DNA of 64,000 nucleotides from Candidatus Cloacimonadales bacterium. Its GTDB lineage: Bacteria > Cloacimonadota > Cloacimonadia > Cloacimonadales > JAIOQZ01. Location of the stretch: assembly GCA_963662655.2 (NCBI GenBank), contig CAXXTU010000002.1:3520001-3584000 (forward strand), read 5' to 3'. The translations under genes were made by a program, and so were the position numbers. Below the pieces are notes generated by a model. The model was given only the letters and a program-made list of their open reading frames with translations. It did no database searches and was not told where the DNA came from. Position 1 is the stretch's first letter. Every line of letters begins with the position of its first letter. Below, piece after piece: positions 50,026 to 60,102 of this stretch.

Positions 50026-52053
50026 ATGAAAAAACGAATACTCCCGGTAGGGATACTTCTTGCATTGCTTTTATGCATGATTCCTCTGAGTGCTCAGTAT
50101 GAAGAAGAGGAAGTGCCGGTAGAGGTTCTCATTCAGGAAGAGCAAGATGCCCTGGATGACCTGTACAACGAAATAGGTCATCTTCGGGAGCTTGCGTTAC
50201 AAAAGAAAGCTCTCCTCAAGCTGGACAACGCTGGTGATAAGAGTGGGTTGCGCTCTTCCTTCGTGAAGGACAGGCAGTCATTGACGACCTTCCTGGATGA
50301 AGGTGATTACGCTGCCGCTCTTAATGCTTACATTGATCTTACATTGGTTTATCAGGGATTCGTTTCCCTGGAAGACCAGATGCTCTACTACGAGGGAGCG
50401 ATCTATTACGGGTATGGACGCAAGGTGAAGGCTCAACAGCTGTTCGAGCGACTCATAGGGAAATATCCGGATTCGATTTACTTCTCCGATGCCGTCAGGT
50501 ATCTCGAAGATATTTATATTCATGCGGGAATGGACGAGGAATTTCTTGCAATCGCGCAAAGAAACCCGAACCAGAACGATCCCCAGCATGTTTACTGGAT
50601 GGGGCAGGCCAACTATAATCTTGGAAACCTCGAAGAGGCCGAGAATATTTTTACCGGCTTGGGAAACGACGCGGATTACGGTTTTCGTAGTAGCTGCATG
50701 CTCAGCATGATCGGTTATTTCAGCTATGGTCTCGATTATGGCATCGAGAGCTTCCTGAATCTTGTTGTCGATTACCCTTCCGATGCACCGTATTTCTACT
50801 TCGTGTATCTGTCTCTTGCGAGACTGTATCAGGAACGTCAGGATTACGATAAGGCATTGTATTGCTACAATCAGTATCTGGCAATGTCCGATGCTCCGAT
50901 TGACGACGAATTCCGCTACGAACTCGTTGTAATGCTTCTCAAGATGGGGGATTTTAATCAGGCGAATGTCTATCTGAAAGAAATCATCGATAACCCCACC
51001 TCGTCAGCCTATTTCACGTCTGCAAGTTATCTTCTTGCAATCGTGAATATGGAGACGGGTGATCTCGATGGCGCTCGCGATAACATCAATGAAGCGCTCG
51101 CTACGACATCTCAAATTCTCGAGGCAATCAATCTCAAGAATGAACTGATGCAAAGACACGAATCTTTGATTCGCCAGTACGATCAGGCGATTTCGCTTGA
51201 AATGAAGAATAATCTCCTCAATCAGATACGAGGTATCGACGAGCAGATTATTGCCACGAGCAAAGCGCTGGAAACCCTCGGGACAGGCCTGACGGAAGAA
51301 GATTATATCCGTCTTCAGATATACGAAGAGGAACTCGCGTACTACAGCGAAACATTTGATAAAGTCAACTTGTTGACTCAAGTTGCCAATACAAAACCAA
51401 ACAAGAAGATACCCAAGCGAATCGACCAAAAGCTCGAAATCCTGGATGAATATGCGGTTCGAATCAACACACTGCAGCTTTTATCTAACCTCCAAGAGCT
51501 GAATCCGGGAGAATACGAGATGGCTTACGTGATATCGAGCGAGATGTACATTTCCCAGAAGACACTGGAGAAGTGGGAAGCCGTCAAGCTTGACGCACAG
51601 CGGAAAGGAAAGACGGAACTGGTTGGGAAGGCGGATCAGGCGATCAGACTTTTACAGGAAAACATCAGCTCCCTTTCAACGGTATCCATGTATACATTTG
51701 GTGAGCTTCGCACCAGCTCCGACATGCAACAGGAATTGGCCAGCGAAGTGGAAAATATCGAGAATTTGAGAAAAGAATTCGCATCGATTCGTCAACGCAC
51801 GGTTGATGAATACAACAAAAAACTCGCGAATCGGTTGAAACGCCTGGATGACCTTCTGGTGGAAGAAAACCTGGCAATGAAGGACCGCTATAACAAGTTC
51901 CTTTCGAAGCTTGAAAACACGGTGGAAGACACATCCGCGAAATACCGGTATACGCTTGTCGATATCCTTTACCGGGAATCGATGCTACTTGATCAGGAGT
52001 ATCAATCAAGACAAGCCGAGTATAAACAAAGTCTGAATAATTCTGGGGAATAA
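50026..52053 (+). CDS. Secreted TPR / coiled-coil protein (GltC-like by size and position)
   Basis: Signal peptide, several TPRs (YWMGQANYNLGNLEEAENIF; LSLARLYQERQDYDKAL), long coiled-coil C-terminal half. Confidence 0.75.
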   Translation: MKKRILPVGILLALLLCMIPLSAQYEEEEVPVEVLIQEEQDALDDLYNEIGHLRELALQKKALLKLDNAGDKSGLRSSFVKDRQSLTTFLDEGDYAAALNAYIDLTLVYQGFVSLEDQMLYYEGAIYYGYGRKVKAQQLFERLIGKYPDSIYFSDAVRYLEDIYIHAGMDEEFLAIAQRNPNQNDPQHVYWMGQANYNLGNLEEAENIFTGLGNDADYGFRSSCMLSMIGYFSYGLDYGIESFLNLVVDYPSDAPYFYFVYLSLARLYQERQDYDKALYCYNQYLAMSDAPIDDEFRYELVVMLLKMGDFNQANVYLKEIIDNPTSSAYFTSASYLLAIVNMETGDLDGARDNINEALATTSQILEAINLKNELMQRHESLIRQYDQAISLEMKNNLLNQIRGIDEQIIATSKALETLGTGLTEEDYIRLQIYEEELAYYSETFDKVNLLTQVANTKPNKKIPKRIDQKLEILDEYAVRINTLQLLSNLQELNPGEYEMAYVISSEMYISQKTLEKWEAVKLDAQRKGKTELVGKADQAIRLLQENISSLSTVSMYTFGELRTSSDMQQELASEVENIENLRKEFASIRQRTVDEYNKKLANRLKRLDDLLVEENLAMKDRYNKFLSKLENTVEDTSAKYRYTLVDILYRESMLLDQEYQSRQAEYKQSLNNSGE

Positions 52054-52057
52054 CTAC

Positions 52058-55000
52058 ATGAGAACCATGAAACCACGCGTTATATGGATGTTGGGTCTCC
52101 TTTTCATTTTTACGGTATCCTCTTTATGGAGTGTGTCGCTGGATGAACTGGAAAGGGAACACCAGAAGTTGCAGGAATCAAAACGGGAAGTTTATAATCT
52201 AATCCAGAAAGATATACGGGATAATCCGAATTCACCCGATGTGCCTTTCTTGTATTTCAAGCTGGCGCAATTGAGTTCGGAGCTCGAAAGTATCGATGAT
52301 CCTGGGAAGACTGCTGGATTTTACAAAAAAGTCTTGGAACTTGATCCAACATTCCCAGATAAAGACGTGGTACTGTACAATCTCGCGTATTTCTCTTACG
52401 AAGCCGCAAGAATGGCAAGGGATGAAAAGAGAGAGCGGAACATCGACCAGGCAATGAACTGGCCGGACAGCTATCGCTTGTCGGAAGATCAGCCGTTGGT
52501 GAAAACCGCTATCGATTCCTACACGGAAATCTATATCAAGTATCTCAATTCTCCCTACAACTCGGAAGCCTTGTTCAGGCTTGGCAACATTTACTACGAT
52601 CTCGGATTCGATGCAAGAAGAGGCGAGAAGTACTACACCGTAGCTTCTAAATTCTTCGATATCCTCGCGAGAAGAGAAGGCGATCCTTACCAGAATTTCG
52701 GTATATTCTATCGCGGTTGGGTGAACTTCACGAAGGGCGATTATCAGAATGCGATCGATGACTTCTCTCTGATACTGCACGCTATCGAAAATGGCGGCGC
52801 GATCGAATTTAAAACATATTTCGAAAGCGAAGCGATCGAAAACATTGCATACAGCTTGATAGAAGCCGACAGTACTAACTTCGAACAACGCTCTCGCGCC
52901 GCTCAGTTCGCGCGCGATTCATTTATAGAGCTTGTGAACGAAAACACCGGTAAGAAGATTCTGCGGGAAGCAATCGATCTCAAGTTGCAACTCAACGCTC
53001 CCATGCAGGCTGTCGACCTCTACAAGGCGTACGTGAATCTCTATGGAAAGAGCCTGGAAGCTCCTTCGTACATCGATTCCGTTATGACGATTTATAAAAG
53101 AAATCCGAACCGCCTTCGCGACGAGGATATCCGCCAGGCGATTACACGCGAGAATGAATACCTTGTGACCAATTACAAGTATGCTTCCGACTGGTACATT
53201 GCCAATGAGGCGAATCCCAGTTTCATGGCGCAACTTCGCGTTATTCGTGACGCATACAAGTTCCTCGCGCCGGAATATCTCATTGCGTTCCAGAATAGCA
53301 ATAGCGAATCGGATTTCAACCTGTACCAGGATTTGTTCGAGAATTACCGGAAATTCCCGCAGTTCGCCCAAATGGATACGGATGAGGGGGAAGGCGATTG
53401 GTTCTTCGAATACGAGCTTAGCTCCGCCGCAGGTTACCTTACACTCGCGGATCAATCGGATGATCCCGGCAAGTATCTCCTCGCACACGACAAGCTCACG
53501 GAGATCAATACAAAATTCCCGGAAAACGATCGATACATCGCGAACGAAACAAACGCGTTCTATTGCATCGAGCGGATTTACCAGATTCTGAATCCGACGG
53601 TTGCGGACAATCCGTATATCAATCCGGTGGATAGCCTCGTGATTGACAAAGCGGCTCTGGACTCGATCTATATCGCCGGCTCGGTGCGCTATGAGAGCAC
53701 GCTGACCTCGGAAGAATACCAGTCGGCGCAAAAAGCGGAAGACCTGAAAAAGATTATCTACCGTCGCGCGGAACTGCGTTTTGAGAACGAGGACCTCGAC
53801 CTTGCTTACCAGGACTACGAGAAGCTACTCAATCTGCAAATCACCGACGAACTCCGCAAGGTCGCTTTCAGCCGCCTGGCGAGCATCAACGAGCAGCGTG
53901 GCGATTATACGATGGCGATTGATTTCTACAATCAGGCCGCGAACTTCGCCGGAACGGCGGAGGAACGCGCAGCCATCAAGACGAACATCGCTGCCGCTTA
54001 TCAGTCGGACGCGGAGCAGCTCCGCGATACCGGCAATTTCCAGCAGGCCGCCGAGAAATACATCCGGCTTTCGGATGAGATTGCCTTCAAGGATTCGGCG
54101 CAGTCTGTCGCATTCCGCGTGAAAGCGATTGAAATGTACAACAAGATTCCTCAGTACGATATGAGCATCGCGCTCCTGAAAGAGATTGCGAGCTCGCAGA
54201 AGAACATCGATCAGGTGCTGGGATATTACGTAAAGGCCTGGAACATCGCCGATACGCTCATGATGAATCCTTCGCTCGGCGAACAGCTCCGCTGGGAATT
54301 CGTGGATATGTATCCACGTAGCAACCAGGCGTACAATATCCAGCTCGATATCATCAAGCGTTACGAGGACGATCCCGCAACGAAGGCCGCCGCCGCTCAA
54401 ATGTACCTCGATCTTCACGCCAAGGCCGGCAATATCGACCTCGGCGAAGACAAGATCGAAGACTTGATGCTCAAAGCAATTTCAATAGAAAGAGGGCTTG
54501 GAAACGAAGCGAAGCTGATTGACCTGATGCTTGCCTTCGAGAAGCAATATCCCAAACATTCAGCTGCGAACGAATTTCTTATAGAGGTCGCCAAGAAGTA
54601 CAAAGCGATGGGCGATCAAGCTCAATACAAAGAACTCGCTCGTTACATCAATAAGAAGGATCCGTCGATCGCACTTCTCGAATCAATCGCCAGCGAAGAA
54701 TTGAAAGAGCTCTTCACGAATGTGAACACATTGTTCGAAGCGAAGGCGTACGATTCAATGCGTGAAAAGATACTCCAATATAAGGAAGTCGAGAATACCT
54801 ACAAGAAGGAAGGCCTCGACCTCCACATCGCTTCGGTCTACGAAACGTTCGACTACATCGAGAACTTCATCTCCTGGGAGAGCAGTTATAACGACATGGT
54901 CGCGGAGCTTGATGCATATCTCGAGAAATCCCCCAACGACCTCTTGCTGGTGGGAGAGCCTACCAAGTGGAAAACCAAGGTTGTTCCACGTATGAAAACC

Positions 55001-56359
55001 CTTGTTAAAAACTGCGATAATGAGTACAACAAGGTGCTTGATGTGATCGCTACCGGTAAGGAATACGGAATATCCGATCCGCAGACCACGAAGATCCTTT
55101 ACCTCGCCGCTCAGGTTTACGATTACAGTCTGGAAGCCTTGATCGAACAGGTGAAAAAATACCAGGAAATAACAAGCGAAGCTCAACAGTATCGTGACGC
55201 CGGTCCTTCCGTGTATCAGCAGTTTACGAGTGCGATTGCTGCCGCCACGAACGAGGATCGCGCAACGTTGAAGAAGAAATCGCTTCAGCTCTATAATACG
55301 ATCGTTGTCAACTTCACCGATAAGACCGGTTACACGGATGAATACACCGAAAAAGCGATGGATAAACTCATCGAGTTCGGTATCCGTAAACCGAAAGAAT
55401 ACCAGGATATCGTCATGGATGGTTCCTGGAACATCAAGCTGACACCTGTCGTTCCGGATTCGATGATCTCGGATCAGTGGACAAATCTTTCTGCCTCTAA
55501 GACAGCGACTTCAGACGAACTCGGGATGATCGAGCTTGTTGAAATCGCTCCGATGGCGGACGCTCAAATCAAGAGCTCGATGAACGCCGAGATCGCGCCG
55601 GAGCTGCTGACGGTTGACTACTTCAGCAATCAGCCGGTGCAGGTCTTCGTCAACGAAGTTCTCGTCGATAAGGCTGCGACAGCGGTTGATACACTCGTTG
55701 TCGATGGATATGATGTGCCGCATTATTCACTGGTGACAAGCCAGTCGCTCGTCCAGGGAATGAATACGGTCGGGTTCCAGGTTGCTCACGGCGATTCACT
55801 CGACACAACGCTCTTCTCCGCGAGATACCAGGCTCAGTATGACCAGGGCGATCTCGAGTTCTACCGCACGACCGAGGAGATTTCGATCGATACGGATTAC
55901 TCGTGGTACACATCTCGTAATGCGGATATCGATCCTGCGACCACGGCTCCGGACTCGACATGGAAACTCGCCGCAAAAGGCAATTTCAGCTTCTACCGTG
56001 TTCAGATCCAGGAGATGCAGGATGTAAACGCGATAGAAATCTGGGCACCCGCGATTGACACAACGGGTACTTCGACTGTATATTTTATCAAGAACTTCGA
56101 TATCGATACCGAGGTTCTCGACGGAACGATGTCGTTTATAGCGGAAAAAACCGGTTCCGTGTGGATCAATGGCGTGAATATCTTCGATTCGATGGAGATC
56201 ATGATCGACCAGCAGGTGAGTCAGGTTCTGCCGTACATGATGCCTCTCGATGCATCGTATTTCGTCCAGGGGCGCAACACGATCCTCGTCAAGGTTGATG
56301 GCGGCGAAAAATATAAGGGTTTACTGTTTAACCTGAATATGTATGTCAGGAAACCGTAA
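52058..56359 (+). CDS. Giant secreted TPR protein (GltD/AgmU-like) with C-terminal lectin-like beta-sandwiches
   Basis: Signal peptide. TPRs (DVVLYNLAY; SEALFRLGNIYYD; FYRGWVNFTKGDYQNAI). C-terminal beta-rich YFIKNF...VWINGV...GRNTILVKV. Confidence 0.75.
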   Translation: MRTMKPRVIWMLGLLFIFTVSSLWSVSLDELEREHQKLQESKREVYNLIQKDIRDNPNSPDVPFLYFKLAQLSSELESIDDPGKTAGFYKKVLELDPTFPDKDVVLYNLAYFSYEAARMARDEKRERNIDQAMNWPDSYRLSEDQPLVKTAIDSYTEIYIKYLNSPYNSEALFRLGNIYYDLGFDARRGEKYYTVASKFFDILARREGDPYQNFGIFYRGWVNFTKGDYQNAIDDFSLILHAIENGGAIEFKTYFESEAIENIAYSLIEADSTNFEQRSRAAQFARDSFIELVNENTGKKILREAIDLKLQLNAPMQAVDLYKAYVNLYGKSLEAPSYIDSVMTIYKRNPNRLRDEDIRQAITRENEYLVTNYKYASDWYIANEANPSFMAQLRVIRDAYKFLAPEYLIAFQNSNSESDFNLYQDLFENYRKFPQFAQMDTDEGEGDWFFEYELSSAAGYLTLADQSDDPGKYLLAHDKLTEINTKFPENDRYIANETNAFYCIERIYQILNPTVADNPYINPVDSLVIDKAALDSIYIAGSVRYESTLTSEEYQSAQKAEDLKKIIYRRAELRFENEDLDLAYQDYEKLLNLQITDELRKVAFSRLASINEQRGDYTMAIDFYNQAANFAGTAEERAAIKTNIAAAYQSDAEQLRDTGNFQQAAEKYIRLSDEIAFKDSAQSVAFRVKAIEMYNKIPQYDMSIALLKEIASSQKNIDQVLGYYVKAWNIADTLMMNPSLGEQLRWEFVDMYPRSNQAYNIQLDIIKRYEDDPATKAAAAQMYLDLHAKAGNIDLGEDKIEDLMLKAISIERGLGNEAKLIDLMLAFEKQYPKHSAANEFLIEVAKKYKAMGDQAQYKELARYINKKDPSIALLESIASEELKELFTNVNTLFEAKAYDSMREKILQYKEVENTYKKEGLDLHIASVYETFDYIENFISWESSYNDMVAELDAYLEKSPNDLLLVGEPTKWKTKVVPRMKTLVKNCDNEYNKVLDVIATGKEYGISDPQTTKILYLAAQVYDYSLEALIEQVKKYQEITSEAQQYRDAGPSVYQQFTSAIAAATNEDRATLKKKSLQLYNTIVVNFTDKTGYTDEYTEKAMDKLIEFGIRKPKEYQDIVMDGSWNIKLTPVVPDSMISDQWTNLSASKTATSDELGMIELVEIAPMADAQIKSSMNAEIAPELLTVDYFSNQPVQVFVNEVLVDKAATAVDTLVVDGYDVPHYSLVTSQSLVQGMNTVGFQVAHGDSLDTTLFSARYQAQYDQGDLEFYRTTEEISIDTDYSWYTSRNADIDPATTAPDSTWKLAAKGNFSFYRVQIQEMQDVNAIEIWAPAIDTTGTSTVYFIKNFDIDTEVLDGTMSFIAEKTGSVWINGVNIFDSMEIMIDQQVSQVLPYMMPLDASYFVQGRNTILVKVDGGEKYKGLLFNLNMYVRKP

Positions 56360-56375
56360 GGTAAAGAGGTCCATT

Positions 56376-56696
56376 ATGAAGAAACTTCTCATTGTAGCGC
56401 TGTTACTGGCTGGCCTGAGCTTGTTCGCCCAGCAGGCCGAAGAGAATGAGAATCAGCCGGAGGTTCAGGTTCAGGAGCAGACACAAACGCAAACGCAAGC
56501 TGGAACGACTCAGGATCTCAGAGCCCGTTTCCAGAATATCGAAGTGTACAGAGATACAGAAGAAAGCCAGATTCAGGTCGACGATCTGAAGCCAGGTCAA
56601 TCAACATTGAAAGAGCGCCAGGCATCCAAGTGGAATGCTGGAGCCAAGCGCGTTTACCTTGAAAGATTTCAGAAGTCTAATAAGTTATTATATTGA
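56376..56696 (+). CDS. Small secreted protein (GltF/CglF-like candidate)
   Basis: GAGG RBS, signal peptide MKKLL...LFA, Q/E-rich linker, short C-terminal domain. Confidence 0.7.
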   Translation: MKKLLIVALLLAGLSLFAQQAEENENQPEVQVQEQTQTQTQAGTTQDLRARFQNIEVYRDTEESQIQVDDLKPGQSTLKERQASKWNAGAKRVYLERFQKSNKLLY

Positions 56697-56713
56697 TAAA
56701 CAGGAGGTTTAGA

Positions 56714-57472
56714 ATGTCTTCGTTCTTAAGGAAAATATGCTTCATAGGAGTGCTGTTTGTTTTAACAGTAAGTCTGGCAGCACAGGATGCAGCGGTACGT
56801 GGTGGAGAAGGTATCGACTTTGGAAAGATGTTTTCTGGTACACCGGGTATGTTCATGTACCTTATCGTGTTACTGGGTGTCGTTAGTCTTGTTCTCGCAA
56901 TCGTAAAACTTTTCCGTCTTGGAATCAAAGAGAAATTCGATGCACAGGGTTTCTATCTGAAACTGAAAGGTTACATCAAAAACGAACAGTACGATGAAGC
57001 AATCAAAGTCTGTAAGAATTTCAAGAACAAAACAATGGGCTTCATTTTCTGGAACGGCCTGGTATCGTTCAACGACGCTCGCAAGATCGGCAGGAAAGGT
57101 ATGGACCTTCGTCAGATTCTTCAGAACTCGTTCGATGAAGCCAGTATGCAGAAGATACCCGAAGTTACCGCAGGACTGCACTGGTTCGATCTGATCGCGC
57201 AGGTCGCGACGCTTCTCGGACTTCTCGGTACGATCTTCGGTCTTATCTTCGCGTTCAACGCGTTGGCAAACGCACCGGAAGCCGACCGTACGCGTCTTCT
57301 GACCGAAGGTATCGGAACCGCTATGGGAACAACGGGTCTTGGTCTGATCGTCGCGATCCCAACTCTTCTTATCAAGGGTTATCTGCAAGGTCGTGCAGAA
57401 CGCATTACCGACCAGATCGACGAATTCAGCGTAAAAACTATCAACCAGATCAATTACACAATAAAGGATTAG
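56714..57472 (+). CDS. MotA/TolQ/ExbB proton channel (AglR-like)
   Basis: ATLLGLLGTIFGLI.AF, GIGTAMGTTGLGLIVAIP. AGGAGG RBS. Confidence 0.93.
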   Translation: MSSFLRKICFIGVLFVLTVSLAAQDAAVRGGEGIDFGKMFSGTPGMFMYLIVLLGVVSLVLAIVKLFRLGIKEKFDAQGFYLKLKGYIKNEQYDEAIKVCKNFKNKTMGFIFWNGLVSFNDARKIGRKGMDLRQILQNSFDEASMQKIPEVTAGLHWFDLIAQVATLLGLLGTIFGLIFAFNALANAPEADRTRLLTEGIGTAMGTTGLGLIVAIPTLLIKGYLQGRAERITDQIDEFSVKTINQINYTIKD

Positions 57473-57476
57473 TGCC

Positions 57477-58001
57477 ATGGCATATCGTCCATCGGAATCA
57501 CGTAAAGGTGGTAACTGGGAAACCAAGGATTTGAACCTGATTCCTATCATGAATCTGTTCATCGTGGTTATCCCAATGCTTCTCACCATTATCGTGATGA
57601 CGCAAATGGCGATGATCGAAATCTCTCTGCCGACGCAAGCTGGAGCAGGGGATAATCAGAATGGGGAAGATGCAGCGGACAAACCGCAGGCTAAGCTCCT
57701 GGTGATTACTCCTGAAGGATTTGAGATTTTTACCCCTGGTGGTGAAGATGAGGATGGTATTCAGCTACCTATACTCAATCCAGAAGCTACAGAAGCTATT
57801 CAGATGTACGATTTCTATCGGCTCGATCAGGAAATCGCCAAAATCAGAGAAGATAATGAATCACTCGAAGCCATCGGCATTATGCCCGATCCACGTGTTA
57901 CGTTCGAAACGCTTCTCATGACCATCGACGTTGCCAAGAGCAATGGATTTGAAGTGGATTACAAGAAGTTCGAGCGTACAGGCTTACGCAGGGTTCAATA
58001 G
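57477..58001 (+). CDS. ExbD/TolR family protein (AglQ-like)
   Basis: LNLIPIMNLFIVVIPMLL TM segment, IEISLP, C-terminal IMPDPRVTFETLLMTID. Confidence 0.85.
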   Translation: MAYRPSESRKGGNWETKDLNLIPIMNLFIVVIPMLLTIIVMTQMAMIEISLPTQAGAGDNQNGEDAADKPQAKLLVITPEGFEIFTPGGEDEDGIQLPILNPEATEAIQMYDFYRLDQEIAKIREDNESLEAIGIMPDPRVTFETLLMTIDVAKSNGFEVDYKKFERTGLRRVQ

Positions 58002-58010
58002 GAGTTCCCA

Positions 58011-58598
58011 ATGGCGAAGAGAATATCTTACACCAAGGTGAAAAGGTCGGTACACGGAACGACCGGTCGCGAGGCAAAGAAGAAACATCCGAAGACAAAA
58101 GAGATCAACATTACATCTCTGATCGATATTCTTACGATCCTTCTGGTGTTCCTTATCAAGAACGTCTCGATGGAAGCGCAGAAGACGCAGGAACCGGAAG
58201 GAATGAAGTTACCGTCAACGGCAACCAAACAGGAACTCATCAAAAATGGTAACACCGTGATTATCAAAGTGTATCAGGATCAGATTCTTTTCGGAACATC
58301 CAGCACAAAGGTTATTCCCGATGACAAGAAAGCTGGTTTTGAAGGCCGCGAGCTGGAAGTCTATATGACGGATCAGGCAACACGAGAAGCGATGCTGGGT
58401 CTTCTTCAGGCACAGGCTGCTCAGATAAAAGGAGCAAATGCCGAGGCGATACCCGCAATTTTGATACAAGCGGACAACAATGTACAGTGCCGCTATATCA
58501 CGGACATGATCATTTTGTGTGCAAATTCGGAATTTACGCATATTTACTTTTCAAGTATGCATGATACGCAGATCAAGGAGCGTTTCATAAAATCCTAA
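58011..58598 (+). CDS. ExbD/TolR family protein (AglS-like)
   Basis: INITSLIDILTILLVFLIK TM segment, LPST, ILIQAD. Confidence 0.88.
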   Translation: MAKRISYTKVKRSVHGTTGREAKKKHPKTKEINITSLIDILTILLVFLIKNVSMEAQKTQEPEGMKLPSTATKQELIKNGNTVIIKVYQDQILFGTSSTKVIPDDKKAGFEGRELEVYMTDQATREAMLGLLQAQAAQIKGANAEAIPAILIQADNNVQCRYITDMIILCANSEFTHIYFSSMHDTQIKERFIKS

Positions 58599-58617
58599 TT
58601 TCCCAGGAGTAGTCTGT

Positions 58618-60084
58618 ATGGGCAATAAATTATTAAATTTGAAGTTACTTTATAAAGGGAAACAAGTAAACTTCGCTTACCAGAGAACGGAAGGAAGTCC
58701 GAAGGTATGGGAATTCAAGAATTCCTTCATCCTTGGGTCCGATCCGCACCTTTTCTGGCAAATACTGGATGATCGTTTCCCGAAGAAGTTTTCGTTGATC
58801 TCCAAGAAGGGGGATAATTTCATCCTGCATCTCACAAAAGGTATGAATTTGTCCGTCATGCGAGGCGACGACAACTTGACAATGGACGACCTGAAGCAAC
58901 AGCGACTGCTCAATGGAAATAGTGTGACACTCGATGAAAGGACAAGCGGAACGATCGGCTTGAATCCTGACTATCAGATACAGTACAGTTTCCAGACTCC
59001 GCGTCCGCAGGTGCTGTCTCAGGCCGAAATCGCGATGATTCGCGAGTTCAACAGGAAACCGGCCGCTACTGCCGAAGCAACCTTTACGAAATGGTTCCTG
59101 ATTATCAGTTTGCTGGTGACGCTCATCGGTTTGACCACCTTCAATCTGACATACGAGCCGAAGAAGGTTGAACATTCCATCGTGGATCTGTACCAGCAGC
59201 GTGATCTTGCAACCCAGGTATCATTCGACGTACAGCAGCCCGAAGATGAAGGTGCTGTTACCGATTACGGCATGGGCGACAAGGTCGATAAAGATGCCGG
59301 CGTAACGGAAGAACAGGCGCAGGAGATCGTGCAGGAAGCTCAGGCAAAGACGGTTAGCGACATTGCCGCCACGCTTGGCGAGTTCAACGTATCCGGGGGA
59401 GGAACCGGTAGTCTCGACGAGACCGGTATCGGCCAGGATGCGATTTTTGAAGTGAACCAGGCTGCGGACATCGTGGCTGCGGGTCCTGCAAAAGGCGCTT
59501 CCCGTACAACGTCATCTGCCGCAATCGCTCAGTTCGACACGAAGGGAGCAAAGGCTTCCGAGATCATGAGCGGTGAGGGCGGATTGGACGCAATCCTTGC
59601 TGACGGCAACCTTAACGTTGGCGCTGCCGGCGGTAAATTCGAGGCAGTCGACCTCGATGCCGTAGGCGCGTCGGGCGGCCAGATCACCCGTGTAACGATT
59701 ACCGGCTCAGCCCAGTTCGAAAGCATCAAGGCTGCTCGCTACAGCGGCTTGAGAACTGTTCGGGCACAGGACATCGAGACATCGGATATGTCGGCTTCGG
59801 ATAAGAACGTATACGTGAATATCCGCAACTATGTGAGAGCTTTCGAGCCTCAGATCACACAGGCGTTCCGTCGTGAGTCGGCGATCGTCGAGATGTACGG
59901 TTCGCTTGAAATCATCCTCTACATCAACGAGCAGGGTATGGTCGAAGGCGCAGACCTCGCGAAAGTTGGAGATAGTTTCTTCACGGACGATTTCCTTCAG
60001 AAAGCGCATACGATTATCACGAAGTGGAAATTCCCTGTTAAGAGTCGCTTGAAATACCAATGGCGTATGAACTTCATGAAATAG
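58618..60084 (+). CDS. GltG/PglI (AgmX-type) TonB-like energy transducer
   Basis: Cytoplasmic FHA-like N-domain, single TM, Gly/acidic linker, C-terminal TonB_C-like domain (YGSLEIILYINEQG.V...ITKWKFP). Confidence 0.75.
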   Translation: MGNKLLNLKLLYKGKQVNFAYQRTEGSPKVWEFKNSFILGSDPHLFWQILDDRFPKKFSLISKKGDNFILHLTKGMNLSVMRGDDNLTMDDLKQQRLLNGNSVTLDERTSGTIGLNPDYQIQYSFQTPRPQVLSQAEIAMIREFNRKPAATAEATFTKWFLIISLLVTLIGLTTFNLTYEPKKVEHSIVDLYQQRDLATQVSFDVQQPEDEGAVTDYGMGDKVDKDAGVTEEQAQEIVQEAQAKTVSDIAATLGEFNVSGGGTGSLDETGIGQDAIFEVNQAADIVAAGPAKGASRTTSSAAIAQFDTKGAKASEIMSGEGGLDAILADGNLNVGAAGGKFEAVDLDAVGASGGQITRVTITGSAQFESIKAARYSGLRTVRAQDIETSDMSASDKNVYVNIRNYVRAFEPQITQAFRRESAIVEMYGSLEIILYINEQGMVEGADLAKVGDSFFTDDFLQKAHTIITKWKFPVKSRLKYQWRMNFMK

Positions 60085-60102
60085 TAAGCCATTCAATACA
60101 TG

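Noticed and set aside
56714..60084. Ordinary TonB-ExbBD uptake or Tol-Pal system
   Set aside because: No TonB-dependent receptor, tolB or pal in the operon. Two dissimilar ExbD genes, giant TPR genes and a GltG-like N-domain fit Agl-Glt better.
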